Assembly: GCA_963836235.1 (NCBI GenBank)
Contig: CAWIIP010000002.1
Coordinates: forward strand, 352,001-416,000
Length of the DNA: 64,000 bases
Source of the DNA: an uncultured Pseudomonadota bacterium
GTDB lineage: Bacteria > Oederibacteriota > Muellerivitia > Muellerivitales > Muellerivitaceae
Direction of reading: 5' to 3'
The translations under genes were made by a program, and so were the position numbers. Below, piece by piece: positions 1-9,345 of the stretch. The notes beneath the pieces were generated by a model. It saw only the letters and a program-made list of their open reading frames with translations. It was not told the origin of the DNA and did not search any database. Positions within the stretch are counted from its first letter, which is position 1. Each line of letters opens with the position of its first letter.

Positions 1-1082
1 TGAGGAAAAATTCCGCACCTTGACCGAATCGGCCAATGACGCCATTATTTCGATCAATTCCAAAGGCGTTATTATTTTTTTCAATCCTGCCGCAGAAAAG
101 ATATTCGGTTATTCCCAAGTTGAAGCCCTGGGCCAGCCCTTCAGCTTCTTGATGATCGAATCCGCTTGGAAGGCCAATATGCAGCTTATTCAAAATTACC
201 TGTCCTCAGGAAAGTCTACCATTCCCGGCCGAACCTTAGAACTGGAAGGCCGGCGCAAGAATGGCGAGGAATTCCCTGCCGAGATATCCTATTTTTCTTG
301 GAAAACCGAAGCTGGACTCTTTTTCACCTCCATCATGAGGGACATTACTTGGCGCAAGCAGGTTGAGGAAATGAAAAATGATCTCATTTCGGTCGTTTCC
401 CACCAACTCAAAACACCGGTGGCCGAGATCAATGGCTATATCGAAAACATGCTGGAAGGGATTACAGGTGACCTGTCGGAAACTCAAAAAGATTACCTCA
501 GAGACATGCGGAATATCGGAAACGGGAATTATCGCCTTATTTCTGACCTGTTAAGCATGTCAAAAATTGAGAGAGGCGTCATGACCGTTGATTTAATCCC
601 TGTCCGATTGGAAGAAATTGTAGAATTGGCGACAAGGGATCTTGAAGACCTTATTGAAAAGAAAAACCTCAAGTTCACCGTCGATAAGGCATCCGAAGAT
701 CTTTGGGTCCTCGCCGACAAGGACAAAACGGCGGAAGCCTTAGAAACATTATCGATAATGCCATCAAGTGTACCGACCGGGGTTCTGTTCGAATCCGCGT
801 CCGTCCGAAACGGCCAGTTTGTATGGGTGGAAGTCTCCGATACGGGAATTGGTATGACGGACGCCACTCTTCAACGGCTCTTCACAAAGTCCCGGGTTTT
901 GGGCTCGGAAGCTTCCCGATCGGGGGCGGGCTTAGGGCTTTATATTGCGAAAAGTTTTATGAACTTGCAAAATGGGGAATATTACGGTCACATCCGAATG
1001 GGGAAAGGGCAGTAGTTTTCGAGTCACAATACCTTTAACGAACAAGAAAGGAGGAACAACATGTCTAAGGGAACCATACTGA
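1..1082 (+). CDS. PAS-domain sensor histidine kinase, 5'-partial, with apparent frameshifts
   Basis: PAS (NPAAEKIFGY), H-box SHQLKTP, N-box RNIIDNAIK in another frame (703..1038 ORF), G1 DTGIG, G2 GAGLGL; C-terminus ITVTSEWGKGSSFRVTIP in a third frame ending TGA 1080-1082. Confidence 0.85.
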
Positions 1083-1652
1083 TCGTGGAGGACCAACAGG
1101 GATTCCGGCGCATATACCATGATGTGCTGGTGAATGACGGATATGAGGTACTGGAAGCGCAAGACGGAGAAGAAGGTTGGAATATGGTGAGAAGCCATCA
1201 AACCCCACTTGGTGTTATTGGATTTGGGCTTGCCTAAAATCGATGGATTTGAGGTCTTAAAGCGAATTCGTGCGGACGGCGAAACCAAGAATATCCCGGT
1301 TATTATCTTTTCGGTCCTGGGAGAACAAAAGGACGTGAAAAAAGGGCTGGAGATGGGCGCCAACGACTACACCGTCAAGGGCTTTTATACTCCCCGGCAA
1401 ATCCTGAGCAAGATCAAGGGCCTGATGACCCAGATAGATGTTAAGAAAAGCGTCAATTCCTACAATTTGAAAATCGACGGTGCAAAAGAGGACGCCTTGA
1501 AACTTCAAAGTGAAATCGGCCTCACTCAAGGGTACCATTGCCCCCATTGTGGCAACGAAATGGTTTTAGAGCTTTTCCCGGATTACGTTCGCAACGAAGG
1601 ACATTGGTTCACGGCCCATTTCACTTGCCACAAATGCGGGAAATCTTTTTAA
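1061..1652 (+). CDS. Response regulator (REC) with C-terminal CxxC..CxxC Zn-ribbon; frameshift near 1200
   Basis: AGGAGG RBS then MSKGTILIVEDQQGFRRIY; continues as LLDLGLP in 1209..1652 ORF; CPHC...CHKC at the end. Confidence 0.85.
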
Positions 1653-1802
1653 AGTCTTATTTCTAAACTAAAAGTAAAGACGTCATTTTTTTATGTTTTC
1701 ATACCTTTCATTTATAAATCAAAGCAGGTGGGTAAAAAGAACCTACCGGGGAATATTCACCCACCATTTAAGGATTAAACCGCGTTAAAAGCAGGTTTTA
1801 GT

Positions 1803-1817
1803 TGGCATTATTCTTGT
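1803..1817 (+). promoter_or_regulatory. Possible sigma-54 -24/-12 promoter
   Basis: TGGCAT-N5-TTGT versus consensus TGGCAC-N5-TTGC; the -12 C is not conserved. Confidence 0.25.
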
Positions 1818-1859
1818 TGTGTATAAACCTCGAAGTTGAATAAAACAGCGAGGTAAACT

Positions 1860-2508
1860 ATGGAGCAAATTATGGAATCCATTGAAAACAAAATTGAGTC
1901 GCCCTCAAACGATCCCGTAAAAAAAGGAACAATCCTGATCATGGAAGATCAGCGTGGATTCCGGCGTATATACCGGGACGTGCTTGAGCAGGATGGTTAC
2001 GAGGTACTGGAGGGCGCCGATGGTGAAGAAGGATGGGAACTTATCATCACCCGAAAGCCAGATTTGGTCCTTTTGGACTTGGGATTACCGTTGATTGGAC
2101 GGGTTCCAGGTTCTCGGGAAAATTCGCCGAAGTGATCAGACCAAACATATCCCCGTCATTATTTTTTCTGTTTTAGGCGAACCCAGAGATGTCAAGAAAG
2201 CCATGGAAATGGGTGCCAACGATTACACTGTTAAAGGCTTCTACACGCCCCGACAGATTTTAAGCAAGATCAAGGAACCTGTTGAAGGACAGCAAGCAAC
2301 AAAACACCACGAATTCCTACCGGCTTATGATCAACGGGGAAAGTAAAAACGTTGGCAGACTGGAACAGGACTTGGGACTGGAAAAAGGCTTCAAATGCCC
2401 CCAATGCAGTACCAAATGGAAACGGAGTTCTTCCCGGACTACGCCCGGGCCGACGGCCACTGGTTTGCGGCGCGTTTCGTCTGCCCAACCTGTGAAAAGC
2501 CTTTCTAA
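1860..2508 (+). CDS. Paralogous REC + Zn-ribbon response regulator, multiple frameshifts
   Basis: Near-identical motifs (EDQRGFRRIY, LDLGLP, GANDYTVKGFYTPRQILSKIK) spread over ORFs 1860, 2095, 2282; ends WFAARFVCPTCEKPF* at 2508. Confidence 0.8.
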
Positions 2509-2615
2509 AGCGGGATATAAACAAGCCTTCATTTAACGGAAACGTTACTTCCTTTTCACAAGCTCAATTTCTCACATCCCTAGGCTAGCCTTCCAAATGA
2601 GTTGGGGAGGCCTTC

Positions 2616-3839
2616 CTGAAAGTCGCTTATTTTACCGAAAGCGTGCCTCCGTTGACCGACGGAGTCGCTCGCACCTATACCCGTCTTGCCGAAACTTTAA
2701 ATTCAAAAAAAATAGATTTCCGCTTTTTCGCACCTGTCCTTCCCTCCGAAACCGAACCCTGGAAAGGAAGGGTTAAAAAAGTCCCCTCAGTTCCCTTTCC
2801 ACTTTACCGTTATTATCGGGTTGGCATTCCTTATGGCCAAAACCTCGATACCCTTTTGGACCGATTTCAACCCGATTTAATCCAAGTAGCCGCTCCAACT
2901 CCCCTCTGTATCTACGGTCAAAACTACGCCTTCCGAAAAAAGCTTCCATTGGTGGCCAGTTACCACACCCATTTCGTCGATTATTTCCCTTACTATGGTT
3001 TCAATTGGGCCGTGGATTTGGGTTGGCAATTCATGCGATGGTTTTATAATCGAAACTTAGTCACCTTCGCGCCAACTGCTGGAACCATATCCGAATTGGT
3101 TGGGAGAGGGTTTCGAAACGTCCAAGCATGGCCCCGGGGAATTGACGGTCATAAATTCTCACCCACCCACCGGAATATGGCCTTGAGAAAAAAACTTGGT
3201 TTAGGAAAGGAATATCTCCTCCTTTTCGTGGGCCGCATGGTAGGGGAAAAAGATTTGGCCGATTTGGCGAAGGCCGCTCATCTACTGCGGCAAAGAGGAT
3301 ATAAGTTCCAATTGGCCTTTGCCGGCGACGGGCCTTACCGATCCATCATGCAAAAACAATTTCCAAAAGACCATTTTTTTGGATTTATTCAGGGCCGAAA
3401 ACTTTCCGAACTTTACGCCTCATCCGACCTCTTCGTCTTCCCTTCCACGACCGAAACCTTCGGCAACGTGGTTTTGGAAGCTTTTGCTTCCGGATTACCA
3501 GTTATCGGAGTTCGCAAAGGGGGCGTCGCCGATTTAATTCAGGATCGAACGAACGGCTTTCTGGCCCGTCCGAATCATCCACAGGATTTTGCCCGGCGAA
3601 TCCAATTCTTCCTGGATCATCCGGTAGCCATGCAAAAGGCCAGAAGGGGGGCGATCGCTACCGCCACTCATTACGACTGGCCCACCATTAATGGACGCTT
3701 GATTAATAGTTATGAACTTCTGATTCGGGAACACAAAGGTAAAACTTCGAATTTATTGAAAGCGTCGGCCGACCCTTTCCCATGGAACTCTCGGCTTCAA
3801 ATTACTAAAGAAGTCTCATCCAAACGAATCGCCGGTTAA
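2616..3839 (+). CDS. GT4-family glycosyltransferase, probable CTG start
   Basis: KVAYFTES..DGV N-terminus, SYHT, FVGR, FPSTTETFGNVVLEA; GGAGG 5 nt before CTG 2616. Confidence 0.9.
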   Translation: MKVAYFTESVPPLTDGVARTYTRLAETLNSKKIDFRFFAPVLPSETEPWKGRVKKVPSVPFPLYRYYRVGIPYGQNLDTLLDRFQPDLIQVAAPTPLCIYGQNYAFRKKLPLVASYHTHFVDYFPYYGFNWAVDLGWQFMRWFYNRNLVTFAPTAGTISELVGRGFRNVQAWPRGIDGHKFSPTHRNMALRKKLGLGKEYLLLFVGRMVGEKDLADLAKAAHLLRQRGYKFQLAFAGDGPYRSIMQKQFPKDHFFGFIQGRKLSELYASSDLFVFPSTTETFGNVVLEAFASGLPVIGVRKGGVADLIQDRTNGFLARPNHPQDFARRIQFFLDHPVAMQKARRGAIATATHYDWPTINGRLINSYELLIREHKGKTSNLLKASADPFPWNSRLQITKEVSSKRIAG

Positions 3840-3904
3840 AAATCTTCCGGCTATTCATCCTCACTTTATCCCCGACAAAATAGAGCATTCCCTTGTAAAA
3901 TGAA

Positions 3905-4567
3905 TTGGTGAAAAAAATTCTTCTCTTGGTTATTTTGCTTTGGGGTGGTCAGGCCACCGCTCAAACCCCAGAAGTACCCAATTTCAGCATTTTGGGGCAA
4001 TTGGGAATGTCGAAATGTTCGGGCTTCCTGGGAAACGGCAATCCGTCACCTGCGGGTGGTTTATGGCTGGGCATCGGCCTTTCCGACCGCTTTGACGGTC
4101 TTTGGGGCTTTGATTACTACAGTATGCCCAATCTGGAACTCCCGGTTACTCTGACACCGACTCCCAGCAATCCCGCTACCGTTATGCTCATTTTGCCCAC
4201 GAATGACCTTTCCTTTACCGTTAACACCCGATGGTATTGGGCTTCCAAATACGACCAACTCCACCAAAAGTTCAATACCGTCCCTTACTTCTTGGCTGGC
4301 TTCGGGATGGATATGGTGGTGGATGAGGATCCCCGTCCTCCAAACACAACCTTATTCGGCGCTTCCTTTGACGCCCTATTTTCCCTCAACCTGGGAGTGG
4401 GAATGGATTTTCCTCTGGGGGATGGCAAGCAATGGTTTCTTTACGGGGAAGGACTAGATCATCTGATCGCTTGGCAAGGGCTGACTCAAATCTATTCTTT
4501 CCGGGCCGGTTTTAAGGTGATGCTGGACTCCGCCCACGTAGACCCTTTCCGGGGCCTTTTGCAATAG
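3905..4567 (+). CDS. Secreted protein, probable small outer-membrane beta-barrel
   Basis: Signal peptide; amphipathic strands PYFLAGFG, LNLGVGMDF, YSFRAGFK. Confidence 0.55.
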   Translation: MVKKILLLVILLWGGQATAQTPEVPNFSILGQLGMSKCSGFLGNGNPSPAGGLWLGIGLSDRFDGLWGFDYYSMPNLELPVTLTPTPSNPATVMLILPTNDLSFTVNTRWYWASKYDQLHQKFNTVPYFLAGFGMDMVVDEDPRPPNTTLFGASFDALFSLNLGVGMDFPLGDGKQWFLYGEGLDHLIAWQGLTQIYSFRAGFKVMLDSAHVDPFRGLLQ

Positions 4568-4664
4568 AAAAGGCCAAGAAATTTCCCCTTTCATCATGGG
4601 GTCCATATCTATTTGTATAATGCCCTGTCTTTCAACTCCGATCGTAAACCGAGTAATGAGAACT

Positions 4665-5044
4665 ATGGATTTCCACTAGCCATACCGATATTTGTCCCCA
4701 TTGCGGCGTCGAAATCCCTAAAAGACTCCTTTTCTGTCCCGGCTGCCAAAAGCCCGCCCATTCAGAGAGCCTACAACAACTCTCCCAACAAGCAATCCAG
4801 GCCGAACAAGGAAATCGCCCGTCCGACGCCTTGTCCTTTTGGCGGGAAGCTTTGGAACTAGTCCCTCCCTCATCAAGCCAATACCATACCTTAACGAAGA
4901 GAATCACGGACTTGGGCCGCCAGGTAGATGGACTTGCCCCTACCAGATCAAATTCCTCGGTAGTCCAAGAACAAAAATCCCTTTTTTGGAAAATCAGAGG
5001 TAAGGTTGGGATTCTTGGTTTCCTGGCGGTTCTTTTTTCAAAAC
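4665..5044 (+). pseudogene. N-terminal part of site-2 protease (double Zn-ribbon), interrupted by IS30
   Basis: Frame of 4831 ORF extends upstream through DICPHCG..FCPGCQK; ATG 4665 needs a 1-nt correction; rejoins the 6099 frame when the IS is removed. Confidence 0.7.
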
Positions 5045-6096
5045 GCTGAATTCAACCAGTAAGTGCAACACCTAGACGAAAGACCTGCTCCGGCGTTTTG
5101 AAGCGAAGGCACTTGCGTGGACGGCTGTTGAGAGCCCGCTCCACACGTCGCACGTTCGCTGGAGTTATGGTAGCAAAATCGGTTTTCTTTGGATAGAAGC
5201 GCCGCACCAAACCATTAGTGTTTTCGACGGTTCCCTTTTCCCAACTGTGGAAAGGAAGACAGAAAAAGGAACGGGTTCCTAAGAGATTGTTAACTTGAAG
5301 ATGCTCGATGTTTTCAGAGCCGTTGTCGTAAGTAATGGTCCGGCGTAACCCCTTCGGAAAGAGGGTGAGCCGTCGATTGATAGCTGCTCGTGTTTTCGAA
5401 GCGGACTTTTGAGGCAACCAGGCGAGTTTCACGAGGCGGCTTTTTCGTTCGACCATCACCAAAAGGGAGGCTTTACTTTTTCTGGAGATGATGGTGTCCG
5501 CTTCCCAGTGACCAAATTGACGCCGCGTCTGCACGATGGCGGGTCGTTGAGTGATCGGAGTTCGTTCTGGAATATGGCTTTTTCGATGTTTGTGCGAATG
5601 CCATCGGCGAAGCCGCTTTCGATGGGAACGAGCCAAGAGAGGGATGAGGTTTCGGGCTTCGGAATAAATGAACTGGTAGACGGCCTCGTGGGAAATGAAT
5701 AGTTTGGAGTTCTCAAGGCGAAGCTGACCAGCAATTTGTTCGGGAGAAAACCCCTGATGAAGCTTACGCAAAACATGTTGTCGGATCCCTGGTTTTTTGA
5801 GACGCAGATGGGTCCGAGAGAGTTGGTTACGCTGGGTAGATCGCAGGTGAGCCCGAGCTGGTAGATAACGGCCAGGACGTAAAGGTGGTGCGTTACGCTT
5901 CAACTCTCGGGAAACACTGGACACATCACGTTCGAGGCGTCGGGCGATTTCTCGTATGGAGAGGCCTTCTGCCTTCCAAACTGCGATTTCTTCACGTTCG
6001 GCCAACGACAGGTGCTTGTAGGATTGTTTCATAAAACTTAGGATAACCCCCGGATTCTGCCGGGGCTAAGTGTTGCACTTCGCTATTGAACTGGGG
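5045..6096 (-). mobile_element. IS30-family insertion sequence, about 1052 bp, 3-bp TSD AAC
   Basis: Imperfect IRs TTCAAccagtAAGTGCAACAC (left) and GTGTTGCACTTcgctaTTGAA (right); AAC at 5042-5044 and 6097-6099. Confidence 0.9.
5052..6032 (-). CDS. IS30-family DDE transposase
   Basis: HTH (LSLAEREEI..SRELKRN), SPEQIA, GHWEADT, TITYDNGSE, WEKGTVENTNGLVR, LNSRPRKCL. Confidence 0.95.
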   Translation of the reverse strand: MKQSYKHLSLAEREEIAVWKAEGLSIREIARRLERDVSSVSRELKRNAPPLRPGRYLPARAHLRSTQRNQLSRTHLRLKKPGIRQHVLRKLHQGFSPEQIAGQLRLENSKLFISHEAVYQFIYSEARNLIPLLARSHRKRLRRWHSHKHRKSHIPERTPITQRPAIVQTRRQFGHWEADTIISRKSKASLLVMVERKSRLVKLAWLPQKSASKTRAAINRRLTLFPKGLRRTITYDNGSENIEHLQVNNLLGTRSFFCLPFHSWEKGTVENTNGLVRRFYPKKTDFATITPANVRRVERALNSRPRKCLRFKTPEQVFRLGVALTG

Positions 6097-6746
6097 AACT
6101 GAAATTATTGGTCTTCGGTTTGGCTAAACTCCATACTCTTTTATCCATGCTCTTGTTCTTTGGGGTCTACTGGAGTATGTGGGGATGGAAATTCGCCCTT
6201 GGCTTCGTTCTTTCCATTTATATCCACGAAATGGGCCATGTCGCGGCCCTCAATCGTTACGGTATCAAGGCCACCGCCCCGGTTTTTATCCCCTTTGTCG
6301 GCGCCATCATCCGGGTCAAACAAACCCTCACCAACCCAAGAGAAGACGCGCGGGTGGGACTGGCGGGCCCGATTTGGGGATTGGGCACGGCGGTTGCCTC
6401 TTTCCTGTTATTCCAAGTAACCGATGACGAAATCTTTAAGGCGATCGCCCGGATGGGCGCCTGGGTCAACCTCTTTAATTTGATGCCGTTCTGGCAATTG
6501 GATGGAGGACGGGGATTTCATTCATTAAGCCGTTGGCAGCGGTGGGCGGCTGTCCTCGTGATCGCCGGAATGTGGTTTTACACGCAGGAAGGATTGTTAA
6601 TGATCTTGTTCCTCTTTGCGGTTTTAAAAGCTTTGCGGAAGGACACCCCCCCAGATCCGGACTACATTGGATTGGTCGAGTATGGCTTCTTAGTCGTTAT
6701 ACTTTCGATCATGTGCGCCATCCCCCTTGCCACGGGCCCCCCTTAA
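6097..6746 (+). pseudogene. C-terminal part of M50 site-2 intramembrane protease
   Basis: HEMGH, LAGP, FNLMPFWQLDGG motifs. Confidence 0.85.
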
Positions 6747-6751
6747 ACTCC

Positions 6752-7852
6752 TCAAAGTTTTTGGGCCAAGCCCATGGTAGCCTTCTGGTTTCTTCGCCCG
6801 TTATATTCATAGCCCTTTTCGAGAACCTTTTGGATCATCACAGCCTGGGCATTTTGCTCGGCCAAGGGCTCCGGCCTCCCCGAACCGAGGTCGAGCGGCA
6901 CCGCTTTCCATTGGGGCGTTTTCCCCTTCCACAAATCTACGATCAGGATGCAGCTATTGAAACAAACATCGTATTTCAGGTCGAAAATAAAGTTCCCCAA
7001 GCTATAGGCCACCAGGGTCTTTCCCAATTTTTGGACTTTTTGGAGAACATGGGGATGCGCCCCAATCACTAAGTCCGCTCCGCCTTGGTGTAAAGATTTG
7101 GCTAGTTTTTTCTGCAGTGCGTTGGTTCCGTAATATTCCGTTCCCCAATGCACTAAAACGATGACGTAATTGGCTTTCTTCTTGGCCTTTTTGATTTCAG
7201 GAAGCATGACGGTGGAAAGAGCCACTTCAACTCCCGGCCTTTTTCCCTGGGCTTCGAACTTGCCCGGGCAAACCGAGCAGTAACCCAGGAAGGCCAGCGT
7301 CACCCCCTGGGTTACGACATAAACTGGTTCCTGGCTTTTCTCCCCCGACTGGGTCAAGCCCGTATGCAGTATTCCCCTACGGTCAAGCCCCTCCATCGTC
7401 TGGCGCATAACATCGGGGCCATAATCCAGCACATGGTTATTCGCCAGGGTCACCAGGCCAATCCCAGCGTAAGAAAGGGCATCCAAGTCCTTCGTTTTTC
7501 CCTTCAAATAGACGGATTTAGGGGTGTATTTTTCACCCCCCACGCCCACGGGAGACTCCAGGTTGGCTACCACTAGATCCGTGTCGTCAAAAATGGGTTT
7601 GCAGGCTTCAGATACCCATCGATCGCCTTTTCTCCTCAAGAGGTCTTTTACATGGCGGCCCAAGTTGATGTCGCCTACGAAGGCTAATCGAACATGCCCG
7701 GGATCATCAATGCGTGCTGGATGATAATCCTTGGATTGAACGGGAGGATAGGGTGTCGGTGACTGGGTTGTAATATTCAGAATTGGTTCGGCTTTGCAAA
7801 AAGCAAATGACATCAGGAATAAGAAAAACACCCAAACGTTATGCGAAACCAT
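6752..7852 (-). CDS. CapA-family metallophosphatase-like protein
   Basis: FVGDI, NLESP, LANNHVLDYG, HWGTEY, GAHPHV, YSLGNF. Confidence 0.9.
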   Translation of the reverse strand: MVSHNVWVFFLFLMSFAFCKAEPILNITTQSPTPYPPVQSKDYHPARIDDPGHVRLAFVGDINLGRHVKDLLRRKGDRWVSEACKPIFDDTDLVVANLESPVGVGGEKYTPKSVYLKGKTKDLDALSYAGIGLVTLANNHVLDYGPDVMRQTMEGLDRRGILHTGLTQSGEKSQEPVYVVTQGVTLAFLGYCSVCPGKFEAQGKRPGVEVALSTVMLPEIKKAKKKANYVIVLVHWGTEYYGTNALQKKLAKSLHQGGADLVIGAHPHVLQKVQKLGKTLVAYSLGNFIFDLKYDVCFNSCILIVDLWKGKTPQWKAVPLDLGSGRPEPLAEQNAQAVMIQKVLEKGYEYNGRRNQKATMGLAQKL

Positions 7853-7913
7853 ATTTACCCTTTAAATTGAACCTTGGCACAATTTTGTACACGCAATATA
7901 AACTCCCACATAT

Positions 7914-8678
7914 TCAGCCTAACTCTTCGGTTAAAACTCTGAAAAATTCATCCCGGGCTTGTTTTTCCATCCAAGGGGTATGCCCACATTTTTCAAGTAG
8001 GATAAATCTGAAATTCTTGAGCGTTTGAGACAAGGGTTTTTGCACTCCCTCCGCTGGATGGGGGTCATGGTCTCCGTGAATGGCCAGGACAGGACATTGG
8101 ATTTTCTCCGTCGCCTTTAAAAGCTTCCCGTTCTTCCGGAGTTTCTTGGCCTCCGGCCAAACACCTTGGTAGATATCCGGGCGTAACTCCACGCCCTCTA
8201 TTTTTATTGGCAGTGGATCGTAATAATCGGTCCCGGCCATGATTTCGCCGAACCGGGAAAAAGCCTTGGGATCTTCCAAGTTTTTTTGAAGGATCTGGAC
8301 TTCCCTTTTTTCCTCCCAACTCAACCGGTTTAAACGGTTCCGCTGGACTTCCGCCGCGTATTTTTCCTCGAATGGGCCACTGGAAATCAAAATGATCTTT
8401 TTAACTAAGGCTGGATGGTGGGCGGCCAAAAGGAAACCCAACCAGGCTCCCCAGGAATAGCCTACCAGAGTGAAAGGGTCGTCCCCATGCCTATCCAGGA
8501 TTGACCTCAGTTCCTCCACCTGGCCGTCCAGGGAATCCAGAGTCTGAAGTGGTTCCAAAATCCCGCACTGGGTTGATAGTTCCTCGGCAACCGGCGCCAT
8601 TTCACCGCTGACACCGGGACCGCCGTGCAAAAGAGCGACGGTATAAGGCGGATGGCCATAAATCCGGGGATTGTTCAT
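7914..8678 (-). CDS. Alpha/beta hydrolase
   Basis: LHGGPG, GYSWG, HGDHD, CGHTPW. Confidence 0.9.
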   Translation of the reverse strand: MNNPRIYGHPPYTVALLHGGPGVSGEMAPVAEELSTQCGILEPLQTLDSLDGQVEELRSILDRHGDDPFTLVGYSWGAWLGFLLAAHHPALVKKIILISSGPFEEKYAAEVQRNRLNRLSWEEKREVQILQKNLEDPKAFSRFGEIMAGTDYYDPLPIKIEGVELRPDIYQGVWPEAKKLRKNGKLLKATEKIQCPVLAIHGDHDPHPAEGVQKPLSQTLKNFRFILLEKCGHTPWMEKQARDEFFRVLTEELG

Positions 8679-8849
8679 ATCTTGGGTTTATCCTTGGTTT
8701 TAAAGGAAATAGTCTGATCAAACCCCTTTGAGAAGACAAGGCAAAACCAGCGAATTTAATCGATTTTAGTCGTTTGCTAGGCGATAGGTATCAGAGTACA
8801 CTTAATATAAGTTGCGCCTTCATAGTTACGGGCGAAAAGGCGGTAAGGA

Positions 8850-9308
8850 ATGACAATTCAAAAAGGATGGATGGAACAGCGCCGACATGAACGGGTCGCG
8901 GCCACTTTAAAAATTTCCTACCGTATTTTGGACGATAACGAAAAAGCCGGGACTATCAACCAACCCCGTTACAATCAAACTAAAGCCGAACATCTCCCCC
9001 ACTTATCCCAAAAATTTCAGGTCTACCACGCCGTTACCCGTGATATTTCTGAGGGTGGCCTCTCCATCAGCGGTGAAAAACCTTTTGCTCAAGGTCAACA
9101 TGTTGAACTTTCAATCGTTCTTCCCCAATACAACGTCCAAGTTACTTTCCTAACCGAAGTCATGCGTTCCGGGTCTTTCTTTGAGCTAGGAAAGACCATG
9201 TATAACGCCGGGGTCAAAATCCTGGCCCTCAACCGGGAAGATATGGATCGTTTGATGAAATACGTGCTTTCCGAGAAGCTCCGCCAACAAGCCAGTAAAC
9301 AGAATTAA
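8850..9308 (+). CDS. PilZ-domain protein
   Basis: RRHER (RxxxR) and DISEGG motifs. Confidence 0.85.
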   Translation: MTIQKGWMEQRRHERVAATLKISYRILDDNEKAGTINQPRYNQTKAEHLPHLSQKFQVYHAVTRDISEGGLSISGEKPFAQGQHVELSIVLPQYNVQVTFLTEVMRSGSFFELGKTMYNAGVKILALNREDMDRLMKYVLSEKLRQQASKQN

Positions 9309-9345
9309 TTCACCCCACTAATCATTGTTATTCTCGTCTTACATC

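Noticed and set aside
1727-1765. GGTGGG..CCCACC hairpin as a c-di-GMP riboswitch
   Set aside because: Lacks the GGCAAAC/GAAA tetraloop-receptor features of class I and the class II pattern
1-2508. Dense frameshifts as pseudogenisation or programmed frameshifting (also hrpB ~19535, DUF2252 ~25235, ligase ~56820, TA ~61420/61580)
   Set aside because: Single-base indels, often at homopolymers, with motifs intact on both sides; best explained as long-read consensus error. Needs read polishing to settle.
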